NCBI RefSeq assembly: GCF_000143415.4
Contig: NW_003314272.1
Location: 1,306,628 to 1,370,627 of the forward strand
DNA: 64,000 bases
Reading direction: 5' to 3'
Source of the DNA: Selaginella moellendorffii
Taxonomy: Eukaryota > Plantae > Lycopodiophyta
Each line of letters starts with the position of its first letter. The stretch's first letter is position 1. The notes under the pieces are model-generated. The model had not been told where the DNA came from and did not search any database. It saw nothing but the letters and a program-made list of their open reading frames with translations. The position numbers and the translations under genes were made by a program. Below, piece after piece: positions 11,957 through 23,199 of the stretch.

Positions 11957-12997
11957 CTACAGAACAATCCAAATTCCATGACCAGACTCGGCATCATTCA
12001 CTCCATAACGAGAACTAATGAAGTGGAACTTGAGGTTGTTTGGAACGCACATCTTGAGGATCTGAAGGTAGCTCACAAGCTCGGCATTGCCAGAAGCCAC
12101 AGCGTTCCTCATCACAACGTCGTAGTAATGCGTCACCTCGCGTTCCTTCTCCTGGATCATTGCACAGGTCCTGTCCACCGAGTCCTGGAACGTGTTGACG
12201 CTGGGATCCAAGAGCAACTGCAAGGACGCGATGCTTCTCAGTGGCTTTTTGGCGCGCAGCTCCGCGGGGAAGGAGATAACGTCGTTGACAAGGAGGACGT
12301 GATCGTTGATGGCGTTCTGGAGCGCCAGGTAGTCCCGCGACTCCAAATCGCTGTCTGGGAGCGCAATCTCCAGCGACATCTCGATGAATGGGAAGCAGGG
12401 GAGGAGGAAGCAATCGAGCCTCCTGCGCGCCAAGTAGCTCTCGACCGTCGACGCCGATTGTGCTAGAGAAAGGACGCTCCGGTCCATGGAGGCAGCGTAG
12501 GCCTCCATCTGCGCGACCCAGTGCGCGTACACCCGGGGAGCCATGGATGATCGCAGGCGCGGAATGAGGTCCGCGCAGAACTCGAGCGATGGATGGACTG
12601 GATCGCGATGTGGGTGTGTCCCATGGAGGATGCCCTGGAAAGTCTCCAGGAACTCCTCCCGGGGGGCGCCGCCGGGGGACTCGTCCTCGAGGAGATCATC
12701 CAGCATGGTTCCAAACCACGCGAACTTGCCGCAGAGGACGGCGCTCTCGGTGGATCCGCACGGCACGAGCATGCTCATGTAGAGCGGGATTCGCATGCGC
12801 TCCAGGGAGAGCTTTTGGGCATCGCTCATGCTGGGATTGATGAATGGGAATGCCCACTCGTTCGCGAGCTTGGCAACCAGCTTGTGGTCGGGATGCCAGG
12901 CGCTGGAGGGGATGGAGCAGCGAATGGGCGGCAAATAGAACCTCTTCAGCCCCAGGAGGTGTTCCATGGCGGGAATCTTCTCCACAGCAAGTGCCAT
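11957..12997 (-). CDS. MTPSL: Microbial terpene synthase-like protein (MTPSL), 346 aa, intronless, class I alpha-domain only
   Basis: Asp-rich DDLLED, pyrophosphate-sensor Arg in YLARRRLD, NSE/DTE motif NDVISFPAE, C-terminal RY pair; no beta/gamma domain and no obvious transit peptide; N-terminus resembles Selaginella MTPSLs (from memory). Confidence 0.93.
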   Translation of the reverse strand: MALAVEKIPAMEHLLGLKRFYLPPIRCSIPSSAWHPDHKLVAKLANEWAFPFINPSMSDAQKLSLERMRIPLYMSMLVPCGSTESAVLCGKFAWFGTMLDDLLEDESPGGAPREEFLETFQGILHGTHPHRDPVHPSLEFCADLIPRLRSSMAPRVYAHWVAQMEAYAASMDRSVLSLAQSASTVESYLARRRLDCFLLPCFPFIEMSLEIALPDSDLESRDYLALQNAINDHVLLVNDVISFPAELRAKKPLRSIASLQLLLDPSVNTFQDSVDRTCAMIQEKEREVTHYYDVVMRNAVASGNAELVSYLQILKMCVPNNLKFHFISSRYGVNDAESGHGIWIVL

Positions 12998-13302
12998 GAT
13001 CAGTAGGAGATTTAGATAATCGGGATTTTGGAGAACGACATTTTATAGTCATTTTTGTTACACTGGATCATGTTGGACATTGCTATTGGAGTGGCACGAA
13101 TTCATATCGACTTTGTACTGAATGCTCGAAAATTCTATCGCAGTGGCTCGATGGTCATTGTACATCCCAGACGAAACATCGGGCGGCTGGAATATTGAAA
13201 GAAAAGTTTCATGCTCGTGTTTTCTCACCCCTCGTTGAAAAAACTGATCGATCCATTGTATTTAAGAAGGTGGCAGTCCAGTGTTACTAGCAGAAAAGAG
13301 AG
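12998..13302. promoter_or_regulatory. Candidate 305-bp bidirectional promoter shared by MTPSL and the CYP
   Basis: Divergent ATGs at 12997 (-) and 13303 (+); CTATAAAA on - at 13041-13048 and TATTTAAG on + at 13259-13266, each about 40 bp upstream of its ATG. Confidence 0.7.
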
Positions 13303-14862
13303 ATGGATGTTGTAAGCTCTCTCCTCCTCCTTTTTATCCTGGCCGTCGTGATAATCAGCTACAAATCCAGAGTGACTTCTCCACCAGGGCCATGGGGATT
13401 GCCCTTGATTGGCCACCTCCACTTGCTAGCGAGAATGCCCCTCCACCGAGCTCTGCAATCCATGTCACAAAAGCACGGCCCCATTGTGTCCTTGAGCCTG
13501 GGAATGAGGCCAGCGATTCTCATATCAGCTCCGGCTCTGGCAAGAGAGCTCTTCACCTCGCAGGATGTGAATTTTCCATCCAAGCCATATATGAGTGTCG
13601 CAGAGCACATAGACTACAACTTTAGAAGCATCGGGACTGCCCCTTATGGCGAGTACTACAGCAGCATCCGGAAGCTGTGCCTGACGGAGCTCTTCACCGC
13701 CAGGAACATCGATTCGTTTTCATGGATTCGAAGCGAAGAGCTCTCGCATCTATTGAGTGCAATTCTCAGCAGCGCCAGCCATGGGCAGGCGCTGGATTTG
13801 AGGAAGACCCTGTCGGTGTTCACATTCAACAGCATAACCGGCGCCCTCATGAGCAAACGGTACCTCAGCCACGAGCATGCCGGTGCGGCTAGCTCAAAGG
13901 AGGCCATGGAGTTCAAGAATTTGGTATTCGAAGTCGTGCACTGTATTATGGACCCCTGTTTGAGCAACTTCGTGCCTTGGTACTTGAGATGGCTTGACTG
14001 GAAGACTCCTGGAATGAGACGCCTTCATGCAAAGGTGGATAAGTTCTTGCAAATGGTTGTGGAAGAACACAAGAAGAGCACCCGAGAGCACAAAGACTTC
14101 CTTGACATTCTGCTCGAGGCTTTTGGGGAGGAGGAAGCTTATGCAAAAGCCAATCTGTTGGTACGTGCGTGAGGATGAAGAACAAGATAGTGCTTCTGAT
14201 ATTCATATCCTTTCTTTCAGGACTTGATTATGGCAGGAACTGAAACTTCCGTCATTGGGACCGAGTGGCTCATGGCAGCAGTGATCCAGGAGCCGCGGAT
14301 CCTGAAAAAAGCCCAGCAAGAGCTTCAAGATGCCGTGGGCAACAGGCGGATGGTGCAAGAATCAGACCTCTCCAAGCTCGGCTACCTCGACGCCATCATC
14401 AAGGAGTCATTCAGGCGTTACCCGGTTGTCCCGATCCACATCCGCGAGTGCCAAGGCCAAGCGTCAAAACTCGGGGGCTACGATGTCCTAAAAGGAACCA
14501 TCGTGCTCGTCAACTCGTGGGCGCTGGGAATGGACCCCGTGGTGTGGGAGAATCCCACACAGTTCTTGCCGGAACGCTTCCTTGCGAGCTTCATCGACAT
14601 CAAAGGCCAGGACTTTGAGCTCCTTCCATTTGGATCCGGGCGAAGGAGATGCCCCGGGATGCCCCTGGGCCTAAGAACCGTGAAGCTGCTCGTGGCAAAT
14701 CTCATACATGGCTTTGACTGGAGTGTGGAGCCCGGCTAGATCCAATCCATGGAGGATTGCTTCAAAACTGCTTGCATCATGAAGCATCCACTGCAGCCAG
14801 TGGTTACTCCAAGGCTGCCCAAAGATGCCTACAACATGATTTCTCCATCTGATACGTCCTAA
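13303..14862 (+). pseudogene. CYP71-clan P450 copy 2 with a premature TAG at 14737-14739; exons 13303-14160 and 14221-14739, ancestral stop 14860-14862
   Basis: TM anchor, PPGPWGLPLIGHLHLL, AGTET, ESFR, PERF and FGSGRRRCPG are all present. Copy 1 has AAG (Lys) where copy 2 has TAG, and the downstream frame IQSMEDCFKTACIMKHPLQPVVTPRLP is still conserved. Confidence 0.85.
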
Positions 14863-15861
14863 TAATTACAACATATAAGCTTTTGTTATAATTCAATAAA
14901 TATTTGTTTATGCTGCTGAATTAACTTTGTCATATTTTTTATTTCAACAATATGATCATTCAGTGTGGCATGTGTTGGGAAGGGCATAAAAGTGGAGTTT
15001 TGGTTGAGAAGGTGGAGAGTTTGTTGGTGTCAAGTGGCTGGCCATGTAGTTAGTTGTGTCAATCTTGAAGCTATGGTGGTCACTTATAATGGAGCCTGTT
15101 GTCAATGAGGTTGTGTGTTGAGTTCCTTCTTAAATTTTGATGCACCTTTGTATACTAGAATTTTTAAAAGTTACACTTAAAAGGTAAAGATTTTCTTATT
15201 TGACTTAGATTTCTATCAGGTGACATTGTGTAGCAGTATAAAATGTGCATTGGTATGAATTTCTTTCCTATCATCTCTATTGGTAGTCATTGTTTAACAA
15301 AGGCAGCCGAAGGTAAGTCTTTTTACAAACATGAAAAATGGAATTTTTATGGCTTACAAAGGGATTCTTTGACTGTGTTCCTATTGCTGGTGATCTGACT
15401 GAGCTTAAATTCTCATGGAGGGTCTTGTATATGAAGGCTGGGAAATCGTGTTATTCAGCCTGGTCATTTCTTGGAGGTTTTCTTTTTCCTCCAGCTGAGC
15501 TTTGCTTCCTGCTAGTAAGAGGATATGAGAAACAAACAAAAAGTTTCTTTTGGAGAAACTAAACACAGTTTCTATTAATAATAATTAAAAAAATGAAATT
15601 AAAATTTGATTACAAATGAATTAGAGAAATTTTAAGAGTATTAAAATCACAATTAGAGAATAGGCTTGGGTATTCTAGATACATTCCTTCCATAAGAAAA
15701 ATTTAAAAAAAAGTAAAAAAGAGCCACAAGAGACTATAAAAAATATTTGATAAAATGAAAAGAGAAATAGCCAAGAAATGCCAGAATCTATATTAAAATT
15801 AAAAATGATCATCAAAAACATTTTATACCAAATAAAAAACATTTGGCTTCAACTCATAAGT

Positions 15862-16058
15862 GCTAGGAATGGACCTTACAATATAGGACAGCCAAAACAC
15901 TTCCATTGACATCAAAGCTCAAAACTTTGAGCTCCTTCCATGGAAAAGATGCCCTAGGATGCCTTTAGGGAATTTCATCCATGAAGATTCAATCTATTGA
16001 GGATTGCTTTAGATCTGCTTGCTTTATGAAGCATGCAATATGCTCCAAAGTTGCCTAT
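15862..16058 (+). pseudogene. Heavily deleted remnant of a P450 3' exon (same family)
   Basis: GGAATGGACC; TCCATTGACATCAAAGCTCAAAACTTTGAGCTCCTTCCA (SIDIKAQNFELLP); AGATGCCCTAGGATGCCTTTAGG; GAGGATTGCTT...ATGAAGCAT. Confidence 0.75.
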
Positions 16059-17197
16059 TAATTTAGGAAAATTATTTATAACTGAATATAGTAATAAATA
16101 AATATTATATGTCATTGATTCATACATACTATTTAGAAGGTCTAATAGTTGCCCTTAAATATGAGATGGACTAATCAATTATTATATTTGATAATATACA
16201 TGCTATTAAACATGAAGAGAACTAAATTATATAATAATTTGTTGTGCATTGCATGCAACAACACTTGGTTTGCTTAATATTAGTGTCAGTGAATAATCTA
16301 ATTAATTAATAATTATAAACATATTTATACTTTATAAATCGAGACTAATCTTATTGCATATTAACCATTAGATGATAGAATAAAAAAGATTATACTAGGA
16401 TGTGTTTAGTAAAGTTTATAAATTATAAACATGTTTATAAATTATAAATAAAAGATTAATATAAATGAATAACAACTATTGGATGGTAGATTATCTTAAA
16501 ATATTCTGGCATATTTAGATTAGATCTAGCAACTATAGATTTCTATTCTATGGTGTAGGATATTGTTAAACATTTTGCTACATTTGCAAGTTGCAATCAT
16601 CACTAGTAACTAAATACTTTTCTCAAGATTTCAAGCGATTTTACCTTTTATTTTTGTTAAAACCTTTGTTTTGCTAGTGATTAAATTACCATAAGTACTA
16701 TTTTGATGCAGGAAATAACCAATACTCGGCATGCTTGACTAAATTATAAACATCTTATATCCCAAAGTTTGACAAAGATGTTCAGAATCACTAAATCCAT
16801 AGTTGTAGACTAAGCAGTATACTTTGAAGGAGTGATATTGTGTTCATGTACTAAATTAGCATTATAGGGGCTAGAGGAACATGGAAGCTCCAAATTCCAC
16901 AAGAGAAAACTGTGATAGGACACAAAGTTGATGTGATTATGATTATTTAAAGCATTGTTTAAGAGAGTTTATAAATTGTAAACACAAATGAATAACAATC
17001 GCTAAATAGTAACATATCCTAGAATATTCAAGCATATTTTAAATATATTTGCCGGACACTTTTCTGTTCAGACCTACCTGAAATTTTTTATAACGGCTTT
17101 TAAAAAAGGAAACGCTAAAGAAGCGACTGAGGGTGTCGCATAGCTGGGATGTGCGATGGGAGTGATAAATCCAGCGAGAGCTTCGCTATGGAGCCCA

Positions 17198-19167
17198 TTA
17201 ACGAGCAAGAGGGCTGGTGGTGGCGGTGATGTCCTGGAACACGCGAAGTCGCCGGCTCTGCTCCTGGAGCTGCTGCTGGAATGAAGAAGAGGTGGAAGAA
17301 CTCGAGGGCAATGGCCTCGGATCGTTGAGCCCCAGCCCCTTGGGACTCTGGATGAATCCCAGCTCGCCACCCAGGCACGACGCGGACGGCAGCAGCACCT
17401 GGAAAGGCTGGTGTTGACGACGATCATCGCTGTCTCCTCCGCTAAACAGCTGCTGCTTCACGGGAGACGAAGCAGCCGACTTGGAGATTCCGGGAGGTGG
17501 TCGTAGAGAAGCATTGCCAGGAGGAGCTGCTGCAACCAAAACCAGAGCCTCATGGGTCCATCGATCGAAAGAAGCAAGAAGCAGGAACTTTTCTTTACCT
17601 CCCAGATTGTCGAAGGACTCGAGCGAGAGGGATCTCCGAGCGGTGGCGGAGGGGCGTGGCGGCTTGCTGGGCGAGAACTTGAGGCTGTTGCTGCTCGCGT
17701 TGGTGGTGATGGCGCCAGAGTTCGAGTTTGCATTGACGCACAGCAGCTCCAGCTTCTTCTTGAGCGCCTCCGCCGCAAGAAAATGGTGATCCTGCTGCTG
17801 CTGGGCGATGATGTTTACGTTGGCGTTCTCATCCGCATCGTCAACAAGATTATACTCCTCCTCCTCCTCCTCCTCGTAGTCCCAGGAATCGTACGTGGGG
17901 ATCTGCTGGCTTCGCGGCTGGGTTTGCTGCTGCTGCTGCTGGAGGCGATGTTGGTGGATTTCAATCTCTTGCTTGAGCTTGGATTGAGCTTGGGGAGCGT
18001 GGGCAACAAGACGCAAAATGCCGGTGCTTGGCAAGTGCTGCGGCTGATGTTGCTGTCCTTGCTCCATCTCCGCCAGCATCTCCTGTGCGCGCTCGTAAGA
18101 CTTAAGGTGCGAGTCGGCGCCCCAACGAGTATCTGAGGATGCCGGCATCACGCTCTTGAGTAGTACTTTGGCCTCGTCCACGCGACCTTGCTTCATCAAG
18201 CAAATGCCCAGGTTACACATCTTGTTATTGTCCGGTTCCATGGACAGAGCTTTCCTGCCAATGATCCACAGCTTATGATCAATCGATTCAATGGCATTGC
18301 TTACCTGTAGACTGCCTCCGCTGCGATGAAATCGGATTGCTGCATGTACGCCCAGCCCAGATTCCCCTGCAAAGGACAAGATCGATCGATCGATCGATGA
18401 GAAAGAGCAAGAGCAAGAGCAAGAAGTTTCTTTCGCTGACCAGCAAGCGTGTGGCCTCCTGCTCGATGGAAACTTGGAACTTCTTGCCTTGCGAGCGCGC
18501 GGTCTTGGTCCGCTTGCCATTGAAGGCGAGGCCCGCGTAGATCAGCTGGAGCTTGTGCTTGAGGAGAGCGATCTGATCGTCCAGCCGGCCACACCTCTGG
18601 GAGAGAGAGAATCGCCCAAGTCAGCGATTTCATCGATACATGTCCGAGAGACTGGATTTGGGGGAAAAAGGGGGCTTACCTTGTAGAGATCGAGGAGGAC
18701 ATTGTCCAGGGACTCCTGGGCTTGATCCGAGCAGCGCCCGCGCAGCGATTTTATGGCCTCGATCGCCTCCTCGGGCCGGTTCTGCTGCTTCATCACGATC
18801 GCCATGTCCTTGAGCGCGCTGTCCACACGGTCGCCCGCATTGATCGCCGCCCAGAAGAGCGCGATGGCCTTGTCGGGCTCCTTGTCCACCAGCTGCCAAA
18901 AGGGGGTTCTCTCAGAGATGCGATGCGAGACAGTGCGCGACCGATCGATCGATCGATCGGATGGAATTGGTCCCTTTCTTTTACCTGGACGTGCTTGGCG
19001 CGGACGTAGGGCGAGTCCCCCAGCGGCACCTTGTGGATGACGTGAAAGGAATCGGCGCGCGAGGGAGGGCGCTTGCCGGCGGCGACGAGCGGCTTGACCG
19101 GCGAGCAGGGCGCCGATTTGCTCATCCTGGGATGCGGGGGAAGATTGCTAGAGCTGCTGTTCCACAT
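17198..19167 (-). CDS. TPR protein of the MS5/POLLENLESS3/SDI1 family; exons approx 19167-18985, 18892-18680, 18596-18441, 18366-18305, 18254-17198
   Basis: SAPCSP, FHVIHKVPLGDSPYVRAKHVQ, ALFWAAINAGDRVDSALKDMAIVMKQQNRPEEAIEAIKS, GNLGWAYMQQ, EPDNNKMCNLGICL and C-terminal RRLRVFQDIT; canonical splice sites. Confidence 0.92.
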
Positions 19168-19300
19168 TCTCCTTTCCTCCGCGATCGCTGGAGCGAGCTA
19201 GCAGCTAGAAAATCGAGAGGAGCGAGAGCGGGAGGAGGGCGCGCGAGAGAAAGAAGAAGAAGGAGAGAGATTTTCTAACAGCCACAATCCCTGCTCTGCT

Positions 19301-19341
19301 GCCCGTTGGAACACTTTAGGGCAAGCGCTCTCCCAACGGTC
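19301..19341. promoter_or_regulatory. Two MSA-like (MYB3R, G2/M) elements upstream of the TPR gene
   Basis: GCCCGTTGGA (rc TCCAACGGGC) and TCCCAACGGTC, about 135-175 bp upstream of the ATG; both match the YCYAACGG consensus. Confidence 0.55.
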
Positions 19342-19531
19342 GAATCCAGGTGCGTACGGTATCGCGCGTACGGAGGGAGCGTACGGCGCGGTGGAGCATA
19401 TTTGGAGAATTAGATCCGCTTGTTCTCCTCGCAAGTTGGATGGCTTCGTTCCAGACAAGAAAGAATTTTTCCAGTTGAATCACTGTGATTTTTGTTTGTT
19501 TGTTTTTTTTTTTCATGAGATCATCGGCTAC

Positions 19532-20667
19532 TTATTTGGTTCTTTGTTGCGAGAGAGCGAGTCGCGGATGAGAGTGTGCGTGAGCTCCTTGGGCAATCCC
19601 ATGACGCTGTCAAGAGTTCCAATCTAGAAAAACCAGAGCAAAGGCACGCTTTTGGTTTGGTGCTTGGATTCTTCAAACCGGAAATTCCTTTTACCATGGA
19701 CTGGACAAATGGAGAGACGAGGGGATGCTCCACCAGGAGGCCGCCGGCGGCATACAGGACCGACCCTTCCTTGATCTGAAACAACAAACGAGTAAAGTTT
19801 TGGAATCCTTGCCAAGCTCTCGGGAAGGCAAAGCAAAAGACAAAGAGCTATTTACCAGATCGTCGATTACTTGCTCGGGAATAGGATGGAAGTAAATCTG
19901 CGAAGAAGAAACCAAGCTCGAGAAAGACCAAAAAAAAAAAGAAGCTTTGGTTTTCTTGCCTCGGCTTTGTCGATGCTACCATTGCTGACTCCAGTGGTCA
20001 CATTTGTCACAAGCACGGCACTCACTGTGATGGCTGGGTCTCGCGCGTAGCCTGCCAAAACAAAGCATGGAAGAATCACAAAGTGGAAACGAAGAACCAC
20101 GTAAGAATGAATCTCAAGCTTACCAGCGATGAAGGTGCGAGCTTCGTCGCCATTCAATGGCTTCTCGCGCACAACACCTCCGTTCACCACGACCGGTATT
20201 TTCAAGAACGAGGGAGATTGATCGGGTGAGACAACGTTGTACGAGCGACAGGAATAAGAACTCACCTGGTCCGCGGTGATGAGAAGAACTTCTTCGTCCG
20301 AAGTTTCGAGGCTTGTGATCCGTGGCAAGATAGCTTGAGCCTGCGAAAACCGCTGATGGTTGATGCGCGTGAACTTAAGGACGTCTCACCTTGGCGTGAG
20401 CAAGCGCCATGACCAGCTCTTCCGGAGTTTCTCTTCGAATGGCACGCTCATCGATGTCCGCCGACTGGAAAAAGAAGAGTATGAGAAGGAAAAAGAAGAG
20501 AGAGAGGCTACCATCACAGTGAAGTTGTAACCCATCTCTCGAAGAACCGCTTGCCGCGTTTGTGAGGAAGAACCCAGTATGATCTACCAAAGGAAAATGG
20601 CGGTGGAACGCTTGTATATCGATCGAACACCGCATACCTTGACACTCCCGAGCTCTTCCAAGCCCAT
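19532..20667 (-). CDS. Maf-like nucleoside triphosphate pyrophosphatase (multi-exon)
   Basis: IILGSSSQTRQAVLREMGY, ADIDERAIR, LAHAKA, LITADQV, VREKP, AGGLLVEHP, SVMGLP; one GC-AG intron (donor GCAAG at 19959). Confidence 0.9.
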
Positions 20668-20704
20668 TCTTACACAAGTTTAGGGCACCCAGAGGCGCTG
20701 AGCC

Positions 20705-21762
20705 ATGGCTGAGGACGTTCGCTCCTACCTCGAGCCTTCATACTGGTAAGCCGTTAGCAACTTTGGTGGATCATCATCCCTTGCAGGGACGAGAGGTTTT
20801 CCAGGGAGAGCCACTACGAGTGGTTCAAGGACTACTCCCAGTTCCAGCATTTGATCCACGCTCATTGCAGTGGCAAAAACGCAAAGGTACGTGTTTGGCT
20901 AAGCAAGGCGCTGGTTTCCTCACGTAGAGGAGGAGTTCACACTAGATTTTGGAACTTGGATGTGGCAACTCGCGCATGAGCGAAGATATGTACCGAGACG
21001 GCTTCACGGACATCACAGCGACTGATCTCTCGCCTGTGGCTGTGGAGAGCAAGCGACGGAGATGCTCCGACTTGAACTATGGTATTCTTCTCGGCATTTC
21101 TTCTTTTCAACTCTGTCATTCTTGTCTCTCCAGGCATCAAAGTTCTTGTAGCTGATATCATGGACATGCCATTCAAGGACGCGAGCTTCGACGTTGTGAT
21201 CGAGAAGGGAGTGATGGTATGATACAGAGATAATGTTTGGCTTTTATATCGGATCAAAATCAAAGGAACAAACAGGATGTTCTCTTCGTGGACAGCGGGA
21301 GTCCCTGGGATCCAGAGCCCCAAACAAGAGCCCGAGTTGACGCGACGCTCAAAGAGGTACACCGAGTTCTTGGAGCGAATGGTGTTTTCATCTCAATAGC
21401 ATTTGGCCAGGCAAGAAAGACTTTGATCTTAGAGCTTCTACTCTCTTTTAACTCCTTGCCTTGACAGCCTCACTTTCGGCGCCCCTTTTTCGAGGCCAGT
21501 GACTTCGAGTGGTCCATGGAGTACTCAACCTTTGGAGACTCGTTCCACTATTATTTTTATACGCTAAGAAAGGTTGTCTCTTTCCTCCCCGATCAAACTT
21601 TTAAACACTCTAACATCGTTTCACCAGGGAATGGCCAGAAAGGTTTTGCCTCGAGACTCGATGGAATTCACAAGCATTGACATGGTGCAGGAGCAAATGG
21701 ATGACGAAGATTATATCATGAGAACCATGATGGTCGATGACGACAAAACCACGTCCAGTTGA
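20705..21762 (+). CDS. SAM-dependent methyltransferase, EEF1AKMT4/ECE2-MT-like (7 exons)
   Basis: YWDERF...YEWFKDY, ILELGCGNSRMSEDMY, DASFDVVIEKG, VHRVL...FISIAFGQPHFRRP, TFGDSFHYYFY; GC-AG intron 21411-21467. Confidence 0.9.
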
Positions 21763-21799
21763 TCGATCATTCCAAATGTCCTCGACGTCCTAGCGGCCC

Positions 21800-22400
21800 G
21801 GAAACTCTCTCGCAGCCTATATCCCCATCGTGTAACTGGCAGGCCGTCCAGGCAACATTGTCGCATGGCGGGCCAAATCCTTGGCGAGCACTCACTCGCA
21901 CCACACACCCCGCCGACCAGCACGCTGCTCTAGTGTGGCAGCACGCCAAAGTCGATGCAGCGCCATCCGGGGTCCAAATCGCCGCAGTGCTTGCAAGCGA
22001 GAAGAGCGCTCAAGAACGATGTCTCATAGGGCCAAACCGACGTAGCAGCACGCTTGCAATCCCCACAGCTCGAGCACCACGCTATCATGGGGCACTGTGT
22101 CTAAGACTATCAAGCAACCGGAACGTCCGATCCTGGCAGTCCAGACGTTTCTTGCTGGCATTCTCACAAAGGTGGCCTCCGCTTCCAGAAGATAGATATA
22201 TGCACAGGCGGTCCGTCTGGAGTCCGAGGTAGTGGACAAAACGCCCGTGGTTGTGAAGATGCTGGCTGGAGCTGGATTCGTAGGCGATGCCAGGAACGTT
22301 TTTGAGAGCTGCAAGAGTTCGCGTAACGATCCGGTGTCGTGATCAAGGCGTATGCACAGCATGGAAACATGAAGGAAGTTATCGATATTTTCCGGGGACC
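21800..22400 (-). pseudogene. Deleted, degenerate copy of the PPR gene at 27580-29283
   Basis: Blocks such as AAGAGCGCTCAAGAACGATGTCTCAT and CCAAACCGACGTAGCAGCACGCTT-CAATCCCCACAGCTCGAGCACCACGCTATCATGG are shared with 27590-28100; broken by indels. Confidence 0.85.
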
Positions 22401-23199
22401 GTCACCTTCGTGAGTGCATTCTCATCGCTTGCAGCCGGGCCGGTTTGCTGGAGGAATCCATCTACCAGTTTGGATCTATGAGCTCGGATCACTGGCTCGC
22501 TGGGTGTAAGATCCACAGAACGAGCGAGGAAACTCTGAGAACGATGGAGTCCCGGTCGGGCGGGCTGTGGAGACCAGGGAGAGGATGCTCTCGTCTAACC
22601 GGGGCGGGAAGAGTGTCGTGCTCGTGGGATTGTTCGATCCGAGGCGAGCAAACAGCAGATTGATCAGGATTCGCTCGTCATTCTCACCAGCGCTATGCCC
22701 GAAGATGAAGATCCAGCATCCGGTGGAAGACAAGAGTTGCTCCCCCGGAAGAGGTATGACTATTTTCTCTGCCTGTGATCTCTTGTCCATGTGGATTGGA
22801 TTGGCCAAAAAGACACAAAGTTCCTCTTTGGGTTCCTTTAGATTTGGAAGAAGAAATATTTGTCCACTACTGACGTACACTATCATCCGGAACAACAAGC
22901 CTGGTGGATTTAGCTCAAGGACGACGAGCTGCTGAACACTAGCACCAAGAGCATCCCAAGAGAAGATGGGTACTCACAGCTTAGAAAGTCTAGCACTACT
23001 TTTGCTGAATTTTGTCTTGGAAGCCAAGACCAAGTATCAAAGAGTGATGAAGCTAGAATCGAATGATCTACGATGGTTGCTGGCTATAAACATTGGCCAC
23101 GATCGAGCAAGCTCCAACCACGTTCCATCACTACTTAGCAGCGAATCACCCATTGGCAAATAGAATATTCTAGGGTATATAGATTTCTCTTGTTTTTAG

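Noticed and set aside
11957-12997. Bacterial or fungal contamination, or a recent HGT, as the source of the terpene synthase
   Set aside because: It is contiguous with intron-containing plant genes and TATA-like promoters, and MTPSLs are an established family in non-seed plants.
11978-13052. Several overlapping ORFs on both strands over the MTPSL, and similar shadow ORFs over the CYPs, TPR, PPR and CSI1
   Set aside because: By-products of GC-rich codon usage; no recognisable motifs.
16236-16270. Possible Helitron 3' hairpin (TTGTTGTGCATTGCATGCAACAA)
   Set aside because: The following terminus is CTTGG rather than CTRR and the stem is imperfect; too degenerate to call.
18380-18965. (GATC)n runs in the TPR introns
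   Set aside because: Short simple repeats with no evidence of function.
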